DNA of 64,000 bases from a virus (IMGVR_UViG_3300015171_000003); one strand, 5' to 3'. Numbered from the stretch's first letter, positions 1 to 9,550 are shown. The notes: generated by a model not told the origin, from the sequence alone. Numbers and translations are program-made.

Positions 1-316
1 TGATAATAGCTTGTGCTTTCCACCACGACCCACAATAAACAACATTTCCTTTTGGGAATTTGACTTTCCCATCAAGATTTACAATCGAAGATTCGAGAAC
101 TTCTACCACAAGCCAAAGTCGATTTTCATCCTTGGCACGCAAAGAAAAATCACCCTGTCCCCACAACCATCCATGCAAACCATTGCCACATTCAGACGTA
201 TTTTTCCAGTCAGGACAACTCACTTCCCCCTCTTTCGGCCAAATAAACCCGCCACGACTCGTCATGTCAGAATTACATGTCCTCAACACCAATACAATCT
301 TGTCTTCAGTTTTCAT
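1..316 (-). CDS. hypothetical protein, 5' part only; the CDS continues past the left window edge. Reading from ATG (cat at 314-316) gives MKTEDKIVLVLRTCNSDMTSRGGFIWPKEGEVSCPDWKNTSECGNGLHGWLWGQGDF...
   Basis: Open minus-strand frame with no stop to the window edge, missed by the ORF track because it is truncated. It is protein-like and W/G-rich with elevated GC. The overlapping plus ORFs 11..331 and 60..323 look low-complexity and spurious. Confidence 0.4.
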   Translation of the reverse strand, partial: MKTEDKIVLVLRTCNSDMTSRGGFIWPKEGEVSCPDWKNTSECGNGLHGWLWGQGDFSLRAKDENRLWLVVEVLESSIVNLDGKVKFPKGNVVYCGSWWKAQAII

Positions 317-522
317 ATTTTAATAAAATAACACGTTCTTATAATATAGTCAATTGTTTTCTTTAAGAATTTTAATTAATTTATTTATAACAAATTCTCT
401 ACCATTCATTTCATCTTTAATTTGATTACAAATTTCTATATTTCCTTTTAATAAATTATTAGCTTTTTCTCTATTCCTTTTAATAGACACAATTTCTTCA
501 TTAATTAATGCGTGAATATCTT

Positions 523-771
523 TCATGATGCCAACTTTAATCTTATATTTTTCAAAACAGCCTGATGTTTTTTTAGATTCTCTCTCTTTCTCTGATATTC
601 TGCTCTTTTTTCTATACGAGTTACTTCCAAATCATTAAGTATATTTCTACCTTTTTTAGTAAGTAACAATTTTTGAATTTCCACTGTTCTTTTATTAAAT
701 TTATATTTTTTACAAAGAACTTCAACGGGAAGCATCATTAATTCAATTGGATCAATTTTAAAAGTAATCAC
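523..771 (-). CDS. hypothetical protein
   Basis: 82-aa ORF, K/R-rich, with a 4-nt start/stop overlap with the upstream gene. Confidence 0.35.
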   Translation of the reverse strand: MITFKIDPIELMMLPVEVLCKKYKFNKRTVEIQKLLLTKKGRNILNDLEVTRIEKRAEYQRKRENLKKHQAVLKNIRLKLAS

Positions 772-1016
772 AAAATCTCCGTTAATTTAAAACATTCTTC
801 ACAATATCTTTCATTTAAGTGTGTTTTAATTCCCCAAGAAGAAACTGGTAATGCTGTAGTCATAGTTTTCTTACCACACAGAGATCTAATAAATTTTTTC
901 TTTTCACTAAAATGATAATAAAAAGTACCTCCGATCCCCTCTGTAATTACAATTTCAGGTTTAGAATTTTCTACAGTCTTTTTAAATAAATTAAACATAT
1001 ATAAATCATACCACAA
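768..1016 (-). CDS. hypothetical protein (the track start is TTG; the first ATG lies about 18 nt downstream)
   Basis: ORF in a colinear minus-strand array containing a GIGGTFYYHF motif. Confidence 0.35.
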   Translation of the reverse strand: MWYDLYMFNLFKKTVENSKPEIVITEGIGGTFYYHFSEKKKFIRSLCGKKTMTTALPVSSWGIKTHLNERYCEECFKLTEIL

Positions 1017-1028
1017 TATTATAACAAG

Positions 1029-1574
1029 TCAAACCAAATTTGAAGAGTTTATAATAACATTATCTAATTCATTTTTTCTAATTTGAATAGCTTTCCTCAA
1101 CAATTTTATTTCATTATCTGTCCACTCAAAAATCTTATCACCAGTAATAATTTCCAATAGGCGACCAATTAAAAACCAGTCATGTTCAAAATTTCCACCA
1201 GCTTTATCATCCAACAAAATATTAAAATAAAATTTTTCATGAAAAGTTGCATAAGAAGTTTTTGGACATTCTGGATTTTTATTAACATAATCAACTTTAA
1301 CTCCGTGGTTTTTGAATAGTAAATTACAAAACTTCTTATGATTCTTTAAGTAGGAAGATGTAAAGAGAATAAGTTTTTGATCTTTTCTAATATTAATCCA
1401 TTTCAATACATTAGCAACACCAGGGTATAAATCAATTGGTACTGAATCATTATAGTGACCTTTACATAATGTTTCATGTATATCTACTGCCCAATAAAGA
1501 TATGGCCAATTCTTTTCTTTTTGCCTTTTAATTGCATTTGTAATATTAAATAAATTCATCTTCATCCTTCTCAT
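1029..1574 (-). CDS. hypothetical protein
   Basis: 181-aa ORF; no confident motif (AVDIHETL is not a canonical HAD DxD). Confidence 0.45.
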   Translation of the reverse strand: MRRMKMNLFNITNAIKRQKEKNWPYLYWAVDIHETLCKGHYNDSVPIDLYPGVANVLKWINIRKDQKLILFTSSYLKNHKKFCNLLFKNHGVKVDYVNKNPECPKTSYATFHEKFYFNILLDDKAGGNFEHDWFLIGRLLEIITGDKIFEWTDNEIKLLRKAIQIRKNELDNVIINSSNLV

Positions 1575-1809
1575 ATTTTACCATTGCTTGAACAAAAAAA
1601 TGAGAATTTTGGCAATATATTGGGGGTCCATATGGAACAAAACCTTCATTAATTTTTTCATTGATCAATTTATCAAAAACATATTCTGCCGATTTTATGG
1701 TTTTATATTCTACTATTTTCATATTTTTGTTTTTTCTAATATTAGATTCTTTTTTTGTGGCGTTTGATAGATCAATATAATTATCCATATTATTTACAGG
1801 TATTTTCAT
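1546..1809 (-). CDS. hypothetical protein; its N-terminal leader is paralogous to the next gene
   Basis: N-terminus MKIPVNNMDNYIDLSNATKKE resembles MLILVNNMKDKINLSKSTKEE of 1819..2610. The DNA at the two starts is also similar (tgtaaataatatg). Confidence 0.35.
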   Translation of the reverse strand: MKIPVNNMDNYIDLSNATKKESNIRKNKNMKIVEYKTIKSAEYVFDKLINEKINEGFVPYGPPIYCQNSHFFVQAMVKYEKDEDEFI

Positions 1810-1818
1810 AATTTTATT

Positions 1819-2610
1819 TTACCAACCAGCATCATTTGGATCAACATAAATTTGAACCTGATTTCTAATTGTGTTTGCTGGTTCTCTATAAGTTAAACTT
1901 AATCTAAAAAACAATCTCCACCCAGCTTTTACAGATGGAGTTGCTCTATGAATAGCTAACTGATTAAATTGAATAATTTCTCTTTCTTTAATTATTCTAG
2001 TATGTTTGTTATCATCTTGCATTACTTCATTATGTAGACTACCCCAAACATTGGTTGGATCAATATCATATGTTTCGCAACTAGTTATAAATTCTGTACC
2101 ACTTACTGTACATTCAGGATCTTTAGTATCACTGACAACAGTTAAATAATGAACAACATCATCTCTACACAAATTGAAATTTGGTTGTTTATACTTTTCT
2201 TCTCTAGGAACATCATCGCAATGCCAACCAGGAATAGAAGGATACTGCTTTGGCATCGTCATGGTGACTCTTGTATCAATCACCCAATGTAATCCATCAG
2301 GTTCTACACTCCAATCTATTCCACATGATTTTAATTCATTTAGAATTCTATGAGTTATTTGACAATTATTGTTTAATGCAAATCTTGGTTGTGAAGTAAA
2401 TAACATAACCTCATTTCTAATTTCTTCAAAAGTATAAATTTTATCTAAATCAAACCTTTTTAATGTTTTAATTTTTGGTAAAAACTCTACACGTTTTGTA
2501 GCATTTGTGAGATTTTCCACAACCATTTCTCCAAAAAATTTTTTTCTTTCTTCTTTAGTAGATTTGGATAGATTAATTTTATCTTTCATATTATTTACAA
2601 GTATTAACAA
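1819..2610 (-). CDS. possible 2OG-Fe(II) oxygenase (PhyH-like) protein
   Basis: HxD motif in GWHCDD, with a downstream His (AIHRATP) and Arg (GWRLFFR) spaced as in the 2OG oxygenase facial triad / 2OG-binding Arg. This is weak and not searched. Confidence 0.35.
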   Translation of the reverse strand: MLILVNNMKDKINLSKSTKEERKKFFGEMVVENLTNATKRVEFLPKIKTLKRFDLDKIYTFEEIRNEVMLFTSQPRFALNNNCQITHRILNELKSCGIDWSVEPDGLHWVIDTRVTMTMPKQYPSIPGWHCDDVPREEKYKQPNFNLCRDDVVHYLTVVSDTKDPECTVSGTEFITSCETYDIDPTNVWGSLHNEVMQDDNKHTRIIKEREIIQFNQLAIHRATPSVKAGWRLFFRLSLTYREPANTIRNQVQIYVDPNDAGW

Positions 2611-3025
2611 TTATGATGCCAATTGTTGTTATAATAGTTCCAATAATAAATTGAAAATTAATTGTGGAATTTCCCATTAAAAATAACCCAATGACAACAA
2701 AAATAATATAGGTACTTTCACACACATATAATCTTGGGATATATTGAGGATATCTTGTTATCAAATAGAACCACAATGCACTTAATGTAGCAACAAATAT
2801 AACATACATTGTTGCACTATTAAAATTTAATTGAGAAAGTTGGTTCTTAATATCCCAATTTTTTGTTATCACCATCGATGATAAATAACACACTCCATAT
2901 GACATCATATTTAATAATTGCATACTAGAAAAACAAATCGAACTTTCTCTATTAACTTTAACATATGTCAGAGCAGAAAGAGCCGTTAAAATAGGCAACC
3001 CACAAAATAGAAAAAGAATTTTCAT
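2591..3025 (-). CDS. multi-pass membrane protein
   Basis: 144-aa ORF with 4 hydrophobic segments. Confidence 0.45.
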   Translation of the reverse strand: MKILFLFCGLPILTALSALTYVKVNRESSICFSSMQLLNMMSYGVCYLSSMVITKNWDIKNQLSQLNFNSATMYVIFVATLSALWFYLITRYPQYIPRLYVCESTYIIFVVIGLFLMGNSTINFQFIIGTIITTIGIIIVNTCK

Positions 3026-3185
3026 TTTAGTTTATCTTTATTTACAAATTCCCCACAAACCGAACAATATGCTGCAATAGAAGATGGTGTGCCAACTGAA
3101 ATCAATGTGACAGATATTTCTTCACAATCAGGACATTTGTATAATTTCTTTTTATTTCCCAAAATAAATTGTTCAACCATAAAAT

Positions 3186-3518
3186 TCATAATTTTTGTTG
3201 GTGAGAAGGACCTATATTAGTATTTCTTTGTTTTTTCAAAATTTCTTCTGCTTTATATAAAATATCATTATAATCTTTTCCTTCTGGAGCAGGATCTAAC
3301 ACTATATACAAATAATACTTATAATTTGGTGTGGGACCATTTGTAATAGAATATGATCTATCAGAGTTTCTTTTAAATGAAAAGCCACCATTAATTACAT
3401 CATAATTTCCATTTCCAGAATCAACTACTAAAAAAAGATTTCCATTAAATAAAACTCCATCAAAATTTCCGCCTTGTATAATTTTCCCCAATTTTCCCCA
3501 ATTTTTTTCAATACTCAT
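3186..3518 (-). CDS. hypothetical protein
   Basis: 110-aa ORF, G/N-rich. Confidence 0.4.
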   Translation of the reverse strand: MSIEKNWGKLGKIIQGGNFDGVLFNGNLFLVVDSGNGNYDVINGGFSFKRNSDRSYSITNGPTPNYKYYLYIVLDPAPEGKDYNDILYKAEEILKKQRNTNIGPSHQQKL

Positions 3519-3883
3519 AATTTTTCGTTTTGTAAAAAATCAACTTCCGTTTTTTCAAACAATGCAAATGAACTAGACAATGATTGATATTTAAACACAC
3601 AATTCACTTCCCAATATTCAGATTCTTTAATAGGAATATCCATAACAGGACCGTCTTTTTTAGTTCTTTCTTTTTTATTATGAATCACATGATTTATATT
3701 TAGTTTACTTATACTTTTGTTATTGTTATTTAATGCTTCACATAAAAGACCCAAATCTTCCTTGTCTTGACAAGATCCAATACATTCGATAATAATTTGA
3801 GAAGACCCCTTTCTATCAATAGTTTTCTCTCTCATTAACCAATAAGGCGATGCCACTTGATCCGAAACTCTATATTTAAACAT
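3515..3883 (-). CDS. hypothetical protein
   Basis: 122-aa ORF; 4-nt overlap with the downstream gene. Confidence 0.4.
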   Translation of the reverse strand: MFKYRVSDQVASPYWLMREKTIDRKGSSQIIIECIGSCQDKEDLGLLCEALNNNNKSISKLNINHVIHNKKERTKKDGPVMDIPIKESEYWEVNCVFKYQSLSSSFALFEKTEVDFLQNEKL

Positions 3884-3926
3884 ATTATTATATTATCACA
3901 TTTATAATAATATGTCAATTTTTATT

Positions 3927-4265
3927 TTATTTTGTGTATATTTTTAGATTTTTAATATTATAAATTTTATTTTTATTGATATTAATATAACAGGAATCAC
4001 AAGTATAAACATCTTTTTCTGTTATATATTTGACTCCACCATAAAGATAAAATATACCAACAGAACATTCTTCGGCAAAAGCAGAATTAATTTTTTTTGT
4101 ATTATCTAATCTAAAATATACCCCTTTCATTATTTCAGAAGATGCATTTGTTTCAATAGATGGAATATTATATTTGTTCTGACATCTACTTGTTATATAC
4201 ATGCTAAAAATGATAATAATTAATATAATAGAAATTAAAAATAGCTTCATATTTTTATTTGACAA
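3927..4265 (-). CDS. secreted/membrane-anchored hypothetical protein
   Basis: N-terminal hydrophobic signal-like segment LFLISIILIIIIFSMYITS followed by a Cys-containing domain. Confidence 0.4.
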   Translation of the reverse strand: MSNKNMKLFLISIILIIIIFSMYITSRCQNKYNIPSIETNASSEIMKGVYFRLDNTKKINSAFAEECSVGIFYLYGGVKYITEKDVYTCDSCYININKNKIYNIKNLKIYTK

Positions 4266-4297
4266 AATAGTTTATTAGTTTAATATTTATCTTTACC

Positions 4298-4621
4298 ATG
4301 GAAACATTAAATTGGAATGATTTTGACGAAAAAATAGCAAAAATGCAAAATAATGGAATTTCTTTGCAAAATATTTCTCAAAAGTGTTTCTTGGTTTTTA
4401 ATAATTTAGTAATCAGTTTAAAATCAATTAATGACATAAAAATAGGAGATAAATTCCCCATAATAACAACAAAAGAAGGCGGTCTAATATTGTCTGTGTA
4501 TATAAATAAAATACGAACAATATTTGAAATAAATTCTAGTGGGAATATTACATTAATAATTTCGGATGTAGATACTATTAACTCATCGAAAATAGTGTCC
4601 GTTCTTGGAAAATGTTTTTAA
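4298..4621 (+). CDS. hypothetical protein
   Basis: 107-aa plus-strand ORF, isolated between minus-strand blocks. Confidence 0.4.
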   Translation: METLNWNDFDEKIAKMQNNGISLQNISQKCFLVFNNLVISLKSINDIKIGDKFPIITTKEGGLILSVYINKIRTIFEINSSGNITLIISDVDTINSSKIVSVLGKCF

Positions 4622-4798
4622 TTTTTCTTCCATCATCATCATTCTAAAATTAGAAACCGGATTTTCCACTGCATTCATTCTTTGTAAACTATTTTCTAAT
4701 TTTTCAATTTTCACCTTGAGATTATTTGAGGATTCCACTAAATCTAAATTTTTATAATATTTCATAATTTGCTTTCCATTTATGCCTCTCTTCACCAA
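4583..4798 (-). CDS. hypothetical protein
   Basis: 71-aa ORF with coiled-coil-like sequence. Confidence 0.3.
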   Translation of the reverse strand: MVKRGINGKQIMKYYKNLDLVESSNNLKVKIEKLENSLQRMNAVENPVSNFRMMMMEEKLKTFSKNGHYFR

Positions 4799-4841
4799 TA
4801 CATTTAGATGCGTCGAATATTTCTTAATTTGTCATATTATT

Positions 4842-5024
4842 TTAGTCTATCTGCACCCTCTTACAGGTTGGTACTCTGTTCCTATTCTCTTTTTTTAACG
4901 TTTGATAACTTTTTAACCCTCTCCACCCCTTAATGTTGGTAAGGTAAATAACTGCTTGATACAGATTCATACAACTATCTTTTCCGGTAAGAGCTTTCTT
5001 GGCCTGCTGTAGAAGTGATCTCAT
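4842..5024 (-). CDS. hypothetical small protein inside a GC-rich island
   Basis: 60-aa ORF in the same frame as 5031..5261, separated from it only by TGA and two codons; GC about 40% against about 25% around it. Confidence 0.25.
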   Translation of the reverse strand: MRSLLQQAKKALTGKDSCMNLYQAVIYLTNIKGWRGLKSYQTLKKENRNRVPTCKRVQID

Positions 5025-5030
5025 CTGGGA

Positions 5031-5261
5031 TCATTTCAATAATTCTAGGTTCAAGCGGGATTTGATATGATCCCGATATTTTTCATCGTCAGCTAGACCA
5101 AATGGGTCAGGAATTTTAATCAACTCATCCAGCGTGACTTCGCGATAGTCCTTTCCTTGGCATTTTTTGTCGTCTTCATACCTAATCTCTGGCCAAATTG
5201 GATTGAAAAATCCCTTTCCTTTACATACTTCGCACCAAATTTTGATGGTCATTTTGTTCAT
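5031..5261 (-). CDS. hypothetical protein (GC-rich island)
   Basis: 76-aa ORF containing CEVCKGKG; local GC is far above the window average. Confidence 0.35.
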   Translation of the reverse strand: MNKMTIKIWCEVCKGKGFFNPIWPEIRYEDDKKCQGKDYREVTLDELIKIPDPFGLADDEKYRDHIKSRLNLELLK

Positions 5262-5264
5262 AAA

Positions 5265-5405
5265 TTATTTCTTTGGTAATGTTAAAGGTTCTACAATAGA
5301 AACAGCATCAAATTTCTTCTGATAAATAACTCCACAATAAAAAATTCCCAATGCAGAACCAAATATAATAAGTGTAAGTAAAAATGCAATAATAATGTTT
5401 TTCAT
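5265..5405 (-). CDS. small hydrophobic membrane peptide (about 46 aa; coordinates within 2 nt)
   Basis: Hand-translated MKNIIIAFLLTLIIFGSALGIFYCGVIYQKKFDAVSIVEPLTLPKK; it is below the 60-aa cut-off of the ORF track. Confidence 0.25.
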   Translation of the reverse strand: MKNIIIAFLLTLIIFGSALGIFYCGVIYQKKFDAVSIVEPLTLPKK

Positions 5406-5494
5406 AAATCTTTTTGAAATTGATTGTTATTACTAAAGAACTCTTTTTCAAAAATAGAGTACAAAATATTAGGAACTACTGAGTTTCGTTTATT

Positions 5495-5821
5495 CTAAAT
5501 ATCAATATATTCTTTCATTTGTTTTGCATCTCCAGATCCAGAATAAAATAAAACCTCCTGTAATCCACCATAATCAATTTCATCATATTCTTCACAAAAA
5601 TCGGCTCGGAGACTAACACAATCTAAACAAGTTTTAATTTCAAATGCCCTAGCATTCATTATACCAGAAACAATTTCATATTTTTCACCACATTCAATTG
5701 TTCCATAACATTCGCAACACATATGCTCCTTAATAGCTTTCCTAACTTTCTTTTTGTAAAAAGCAGAATTTTCAATTGTTCTTGGTGTCCTAGATTTTTT
5801 AACATTGCCGAAATAATTCAT
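5495..5821 (-). CDS. Cys-rich putative zinc-binding protein
   Basis: CCECYGTIECGEKYEI...CLDCVSL contains several CxxC-like pairs. Confidence 0.45.
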   Translation of the reverse strand: MNYFGNVKKSRTPRTIENSAFYKKKVRKAIKEHMCCECYGTIECGEKYEIVSGIMNARAFEIKTCLDCVSLRADFCEEYDEIDYGGLQEVLFYSGSGDAKQMKEYIDI

Positions 5822-5847
5822 ATATTTATTATAATATTTTTTAAAAA

Positions 5848-6225
5848 TTAATCAATACTTTTCTTAAATTTAATATTTTTTAATTCAGACAATTTTACTT
5901 TTTTTAGTGTTGAAAAAACATTCAATATTATACTTTTTTCAGAATGATTGCAAAATTTTATTCTAAGTTCATTTGTAAGAACAATCCAATAACAATCAAA
6001 TAAATAATTTATTAAAGATCCTATTAATTCTTGATGTTCCTTCGTGTTTTTTTCTGTAAATTTTACTCTTTTATTTTCTATCAAAATATTACATGCCGAT
6101 GATGATTTCTGATAACACGTCACAATATATTTATATAAATTTTTAGTTAAAAGTCCATTATCATATGAATTCATTAAAAGTTTTGCTGCTGGATTTTTTA
6201 TAAAATTATCATATGTGTCGTTCAT
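5848..6225 (-). CDS. hypothetical protein, distant paralog of 53262..53603
   Basis: C-terminus NVFSTLKKVKLSELKNIKF resembles NLFATLKKSKLEELKIS; the two proteins are of similar length. Confidence 0.45.
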   Translation of the reverse strand: MNDTYDNFIKNPAAKLLMNSYDNGLLTKNLYKYIVTCYQKSSSACNILIENKRVKFTEKNTKEHQELIGSLINYLFDCYWIVLTNELRIKFCNHSEKSIILNVFSTLKKVKLSELKNIKFKKSID

Positions 6226-6235
6226 AAGAAGCTAA

Positions 6236-6430
6236 TCAATTAAAGATTTTTTTATTAATAGGCATATCATTATAAACATGATCAAATAGCCAATCAATTT
6301 TATTTTCATCTCCATTAATTTTTAATTCTTCACATAGAATATTAAAATAATAATCATTTAACTTTTGAGAAGTTTCTACTTCAAATTTCAACTTCTCGAT
6401 TTTATCTTTTTGTATTTTTGTTAGTTTCAT
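6236..6430 (-). CDS. hypothetical protein
   Basis: 64-aa ORF. Confidence 0.35.
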   Translation of the reverse strand: MKLTKIQKDKIEKLKFEVETSQKLNDYYFNILCEELKINGDENKIDWLFDHVYNDMPINKKIFN

Positions 6431-6533
6431 AGATTTTTAACCAGTCCTTTCAAATAAAAGTAAGTTGAGATAATAACCACCGTAGCAATGATCGTGTTCA
6501 TATTTTTTGTTTTTGTTTTATTGTTTGTTTATC

Positions 6534-6917
6534 TTAAGCATAGGCTAATTCCATTGGCATATATGGGTTTAATTTCTTTTCAATTTCCCAGGCTTCTGAT
6601 ATTCCGTTGTTTTCATTAAAATCGATTATAAATACATGACTAATATATTCATCTTTAATAATCATTTCAATATCTATATTTTTATTAATAAATTCACTTA
6701 ACATATCCTGATCAGTTTCAATTACCATCCACCTATCAATATATGGTTGTTCATTCCAATCAATATTCAAAAATAATACAGGATTTCCATTTTTGTGCAT
6801 ACGTAGAGATAAAAGTGGGCCATCATACCAAAATAAATGTTCCTTTAATGGATAATTTTCAATGGAGAAATCATAAATTTTTTTATATGGCTCCATATTT
6901 ACCAAATCTCTTTTCAT
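6534..6917 (-). CDS. hypothetical protein
   Basis: 127-aa ORF. Confidence 0.45.
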   Translation of the reverse strand: MKRDLVNMEPYKKIYDFSIENYPLKEHLFWYDGPLLSLRMHKNGNPVLFLNIDWNEQPYIDRWMVIETDQDMLSEFINKNIDIEMIIKDEYISHVFIIDFNENNGISEAWEIEKKLNPYMPMELAYA

Positions 6918-6938
6918 AATAATATATTATAATAAATC

Positions 6939-7976
6939 CTAGAGAAAGTCAATATAAAATTTCAAAAATAATTTTTTAATAGTGGCAGAATCATTAATAT
7001 CAACCGCCTCATTAAAATCAGAAAATGATTTTTTAAATGCCATTATTACTTTTCCTAATTCTTGTCCAGCTTCTAGTCCAGTCCATTCTTGTACAAGTTT
7101 ACCATTAAATTTTTTACTATTTTCTTTTTTCTTAAAGTAATCAATTTTAATAACTTCAATATCATTAATTAAATTGGGGAAATTAGCAGTAATATAAGAA
7201 AAATAATCCATCTTTATTTTTGAAAAAGTAAACTTCCTATATTTTTCCTTATCTGATTCCAATAAATCAACAAACTTTTGATAATTCTCCCGCTTTTTAT
7301 TTCTAGTTCTATTAATATGATTTAAATTTTCATAAGAAAAAATATCTGGGTCAAAAAATTCACCATCTAATACAAATTGAAATGCTTCTTCTATTGTATT
7401 AAATCCTTCTAAAACCTTATCATAATTAGTTCCTAAAAATTCCCATGCTGTTCTTGGATCTCTTGTTAAAAGTACCTGTTCCAATTGGTTTCCTTGATGA
7501 TTATAATCGCCTGTAAATAAATCTTCTCGTAATGTATAAAATAATCCGGCATGACCAAGCGAGCAGCCAAATTTATGTGCAAATCTACCTACTAAATTTC
7601 CAATAATATCATTGAATGAATAATATGTCTTTGCAAAATCAAAACATTCAGAATTAATTAAAATTAAATCTACTTGAAAACATTCTATTTCAAAAGAATA
7701 CACCATTCCATTCTTATGCACAAATGATGTTTTAAAATTATCATTAATGAATTTTGTATAATCAATGGGCATTGCTTCTACCATGTAATCAACATCACCA
7801 AATGTTTCTTTAGATCTTACATAAGGAACTTCACAATGTTTAATATTTGAAAACTTGTTATCAAATACATTCTTGATTTGATTAACTAATTCCAAATAAT
7901 CGGATTTATTAAGTCGCTTACTTTCAAAACCATACTGTTTAATTAATTTTCCGCCCATAAACAAATAATAACACAA
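6939..7976 (-). CDS. hypothetical protein, possible nucleotidyltransferase-fold enzyme
   Basis: 345-aa ORF; SKETFGDVDYMVEA resembles the Pol-beta-type [GS]x(n)DxD signature. This is weak. Confidence 0.4.
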   Translation of the reverse strand: MCYYLFMGGKLIKQYGFESKRLNKSDYLELVNQIKNVFDNKFSNIKHCEVPYVRSKETFGDVDYMVEAMPIDYTKFINDNFKTSFVHKNGMVYSFEIECFQVDLILINSECFDFAKTYYSFNDIIGNLVGRFAHKFGCSLGHAGLFYTLREDLFTGDYNHQGNQLEQVLLTRDPRTAWEFLGTNYDKVLEGFNTIEEAFQFVLDGEFFDPDIFSYENLNHINRTRNKKRENYQKFVDLLESDKEKYRKFTFSKIKMDYFSYITANFPNLINDIEVIKIDYFKKKENSKKFNGKLVQEWTGLEAGQELGKVIMAFKKSFSDFNEAVDINDSATIKKLFLKFYIDFL

Positions 7977-8051
7977 ATTTAAAAAATGTAAAGAGTTATT
8001 TTAAATATTTTTTTGTTTTGACTTTTATAAAAAATGTGATAATCTAATAAT

Positions 8052-8246
8052 ATGAATTGGATAAAATTAAATTATGATGAGAAGGGAGACATTGACTATA
8101 ATCACAATATATTCCCTGAATATGAAGAAAGAGTTTTGGTATTTCATAAAGGAGTTATAACCATATCTACTTATTTTGGATATGGAAAGTTTTCGGCTGG
8201 TAATAAACCTAGTCATTGGTGTGAAATTACACTTCCCAAAGAATAA
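8052..8246 (+). CDS. hypothetical protein
   Basis: First gene of the plus-strand block after a 75-nt divergent intergenic region. Confidence 0.35.
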   Translation: MNWIKLNYDEKGDIDYNHNIFPEYEERVLVFHKGVITISTYFGYGKFSAGNKPSHWCEITLPKE

Positions 8247-8283
8247 AATTGACTTATTATAATAATCTGATATTATTTTATAT

Positions 8284-8691
8284 ATGAAAAATGTGATTTT
8301 AACTTATAAAGTGAAATTCGATAATGAAGTTCCTGATGATGATGCAATTAATTCCACATTGGAAATTTTTAGGCAAGATAGACATTTTCCAGATGATGAT
8401 GATATTCAAATTATTCCTTTAGAACCCCCATTCGCCTTAGACAAGTGGGATGTTCAAGTTATTCAATATCTAAAGAAGACCCCAATTCCGGTAATTGATG
8501 AATTAATTAAAATTTGGGCTAAGAGAAATTCGATTGATTTGAAAGACGTTAAAATTGAATTTATTCTGTCTAGACTTTTGGAAATTTGTTCGAAATTAAA
8601 TTTGATTACTTTTGAAAAATTGTGGGAAGAAACTTCACCGGCAAATTATTGGAAGAATCTTTTTACAAAAGATGGATTCCCAAATCATTAA
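8284..8691 (+). CDS. hypothetical protein
   Basis: 135-aa ORF. Confidence 0.45.
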   Translation: MKNVILTYKVKFDNEVPDDDAINSTLEIFRQDRHFPDDDDIQIIPLEPPFALDKWDVQVIQYLKKTPIPVIDELIKIWAKRNSIDLKDVKIEFILSRLLEICSKLNLITFEKLWEETSPANYWKNLFTKDGFPNH

Positions 8692-8765
8692 AAAAATTGG
8701 TTGGGAGTTATTTGTTCCGTTCTTATACATACAGAAATTAAAAAACTTACGGGATATCCAACAAA

Positions 8766-9083
8766 ATGAACCACATGAATTACATTCCAGAACGCTGGAG
8801 AAAACAAGTACAAAGTATGGTAGATCACAAAATTGATTCTTGGAAATTAACTCCATTTACAGTTGATGATTTTATTGGTGCTGGATCTGTTATAATTAAA
8901 TATAAAGATGGTAGTGAATCTTCATTTAAAAGTTCTTTTCTCACATATAACAAATTCCTTAAAGAATATGCTATTTTTACAGAACATTGTGGATATCACT
9001 ATGTTAGTGAAAACATAGCAACTTTTATGATTTCGGATAATGAATCTATTCTATTGACAATTAATCTACCATACTTTGGATAA
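8766..9083 (+). CDS. hypothetical protein
   Basis: 105-aa ORF. Confidence 0.4.
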   Translation: MNHMNYIPERWRKQVQSMVDHKIDSWKLTPFTVDDFIGAGSVIIKYKDGSESSFKSSFLTYNKFLKEYAIFTEHCGYHYVSENIATFMISDNESILLTINLPYFG

Positions 9084-9330
9084 CAATATAGTATATTATA
9101 ATAATATGAATAAAATTTTATATTTTTTATTTCCCGGATATTTTAATCATCAAATTGAACTGATTTCAAAATTAAATCCAGAAATGTTTTCTAGTGAAGA
9201 TTTGGAAGGAATGTTATTCATGGGAAAATATATGTCAAAATTGATTTGCGAAATTAATGTCAGACAAAATAACTTTGAAAAAATTGATAATCCTAAGTCA
9301 AAAATTCAATATTATAGATTGACACTTTAG
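9076..9330 (+). CDS. hypothetical protein
   Basis: 84-aa ORF with an 8-nt overlap with the previous gene. Confidence 0.35.
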   Translation: MDNNIVYYNNMNKILYFLFPGYFNHQIELISKLNPEMFSSEDLEGMLFMGKYMSKLICEINVRQNNFEKIDNPKSKIQYYRLTL

Positions 9331-9355
9331 AAAATATATAATACAATATAATATT

Positions 9356-9547
9356 ATGTTATTAAAATGGTTTATCAAAATTGTTAGTTTTTCTGCATTT
9401 GTAGCGATTGTAGATTGTCTCTTAGTTCCTTTCTTAATGAGTCAATCCTCAACAATTGCAGTTATTATTGCTTGGATTGTTATTATCTTAACAGGATGTT
9501 TATTCTGTTTTTTTGTTGACTCCGTAATTAAAAATTGGAATAAATAA
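9356..9547 (+). CDS. small 2-TM membrane protein, possible NfeD-like partner of the SPFH protein
   Basis: 63 aa with two hydrophobic helices, ending 3 nt before the SPFH gene. Confidence 0.4.
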   Translation: MLLKWFIKIVSFSAFVAIVDCLLVPFLMSQSSTIAVIIAWIVIILTGCLFCFFVDSVIKNWNK

Positions 9548-9550
9548 TTT

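Noticed and set aside
11-331. Plus-strand ORFs 11..331 and 60..323 as genes
   Set aside because: Their translations are low-complexity (P/R/F-rich) and overlap a much more protein-like open frame on the minus strand that runs off the window edge. They are treated as antisense artefacts.
4840-5265. tRNA, tmRNA or other canonical RNA gene in the GC-rich island (and likewise in 53020-53180)
   Set aside because: No cloverleaf could be built. There is no GTTCGA/TTCRANYC T-loop, no 7-bp acceptor pairing with a 3' discriminator, and the candidate anticodon hairpin has a 5-nt loop lacking U33. A non-canonical structured RNA is still possible and is listed as a low-interest finding.
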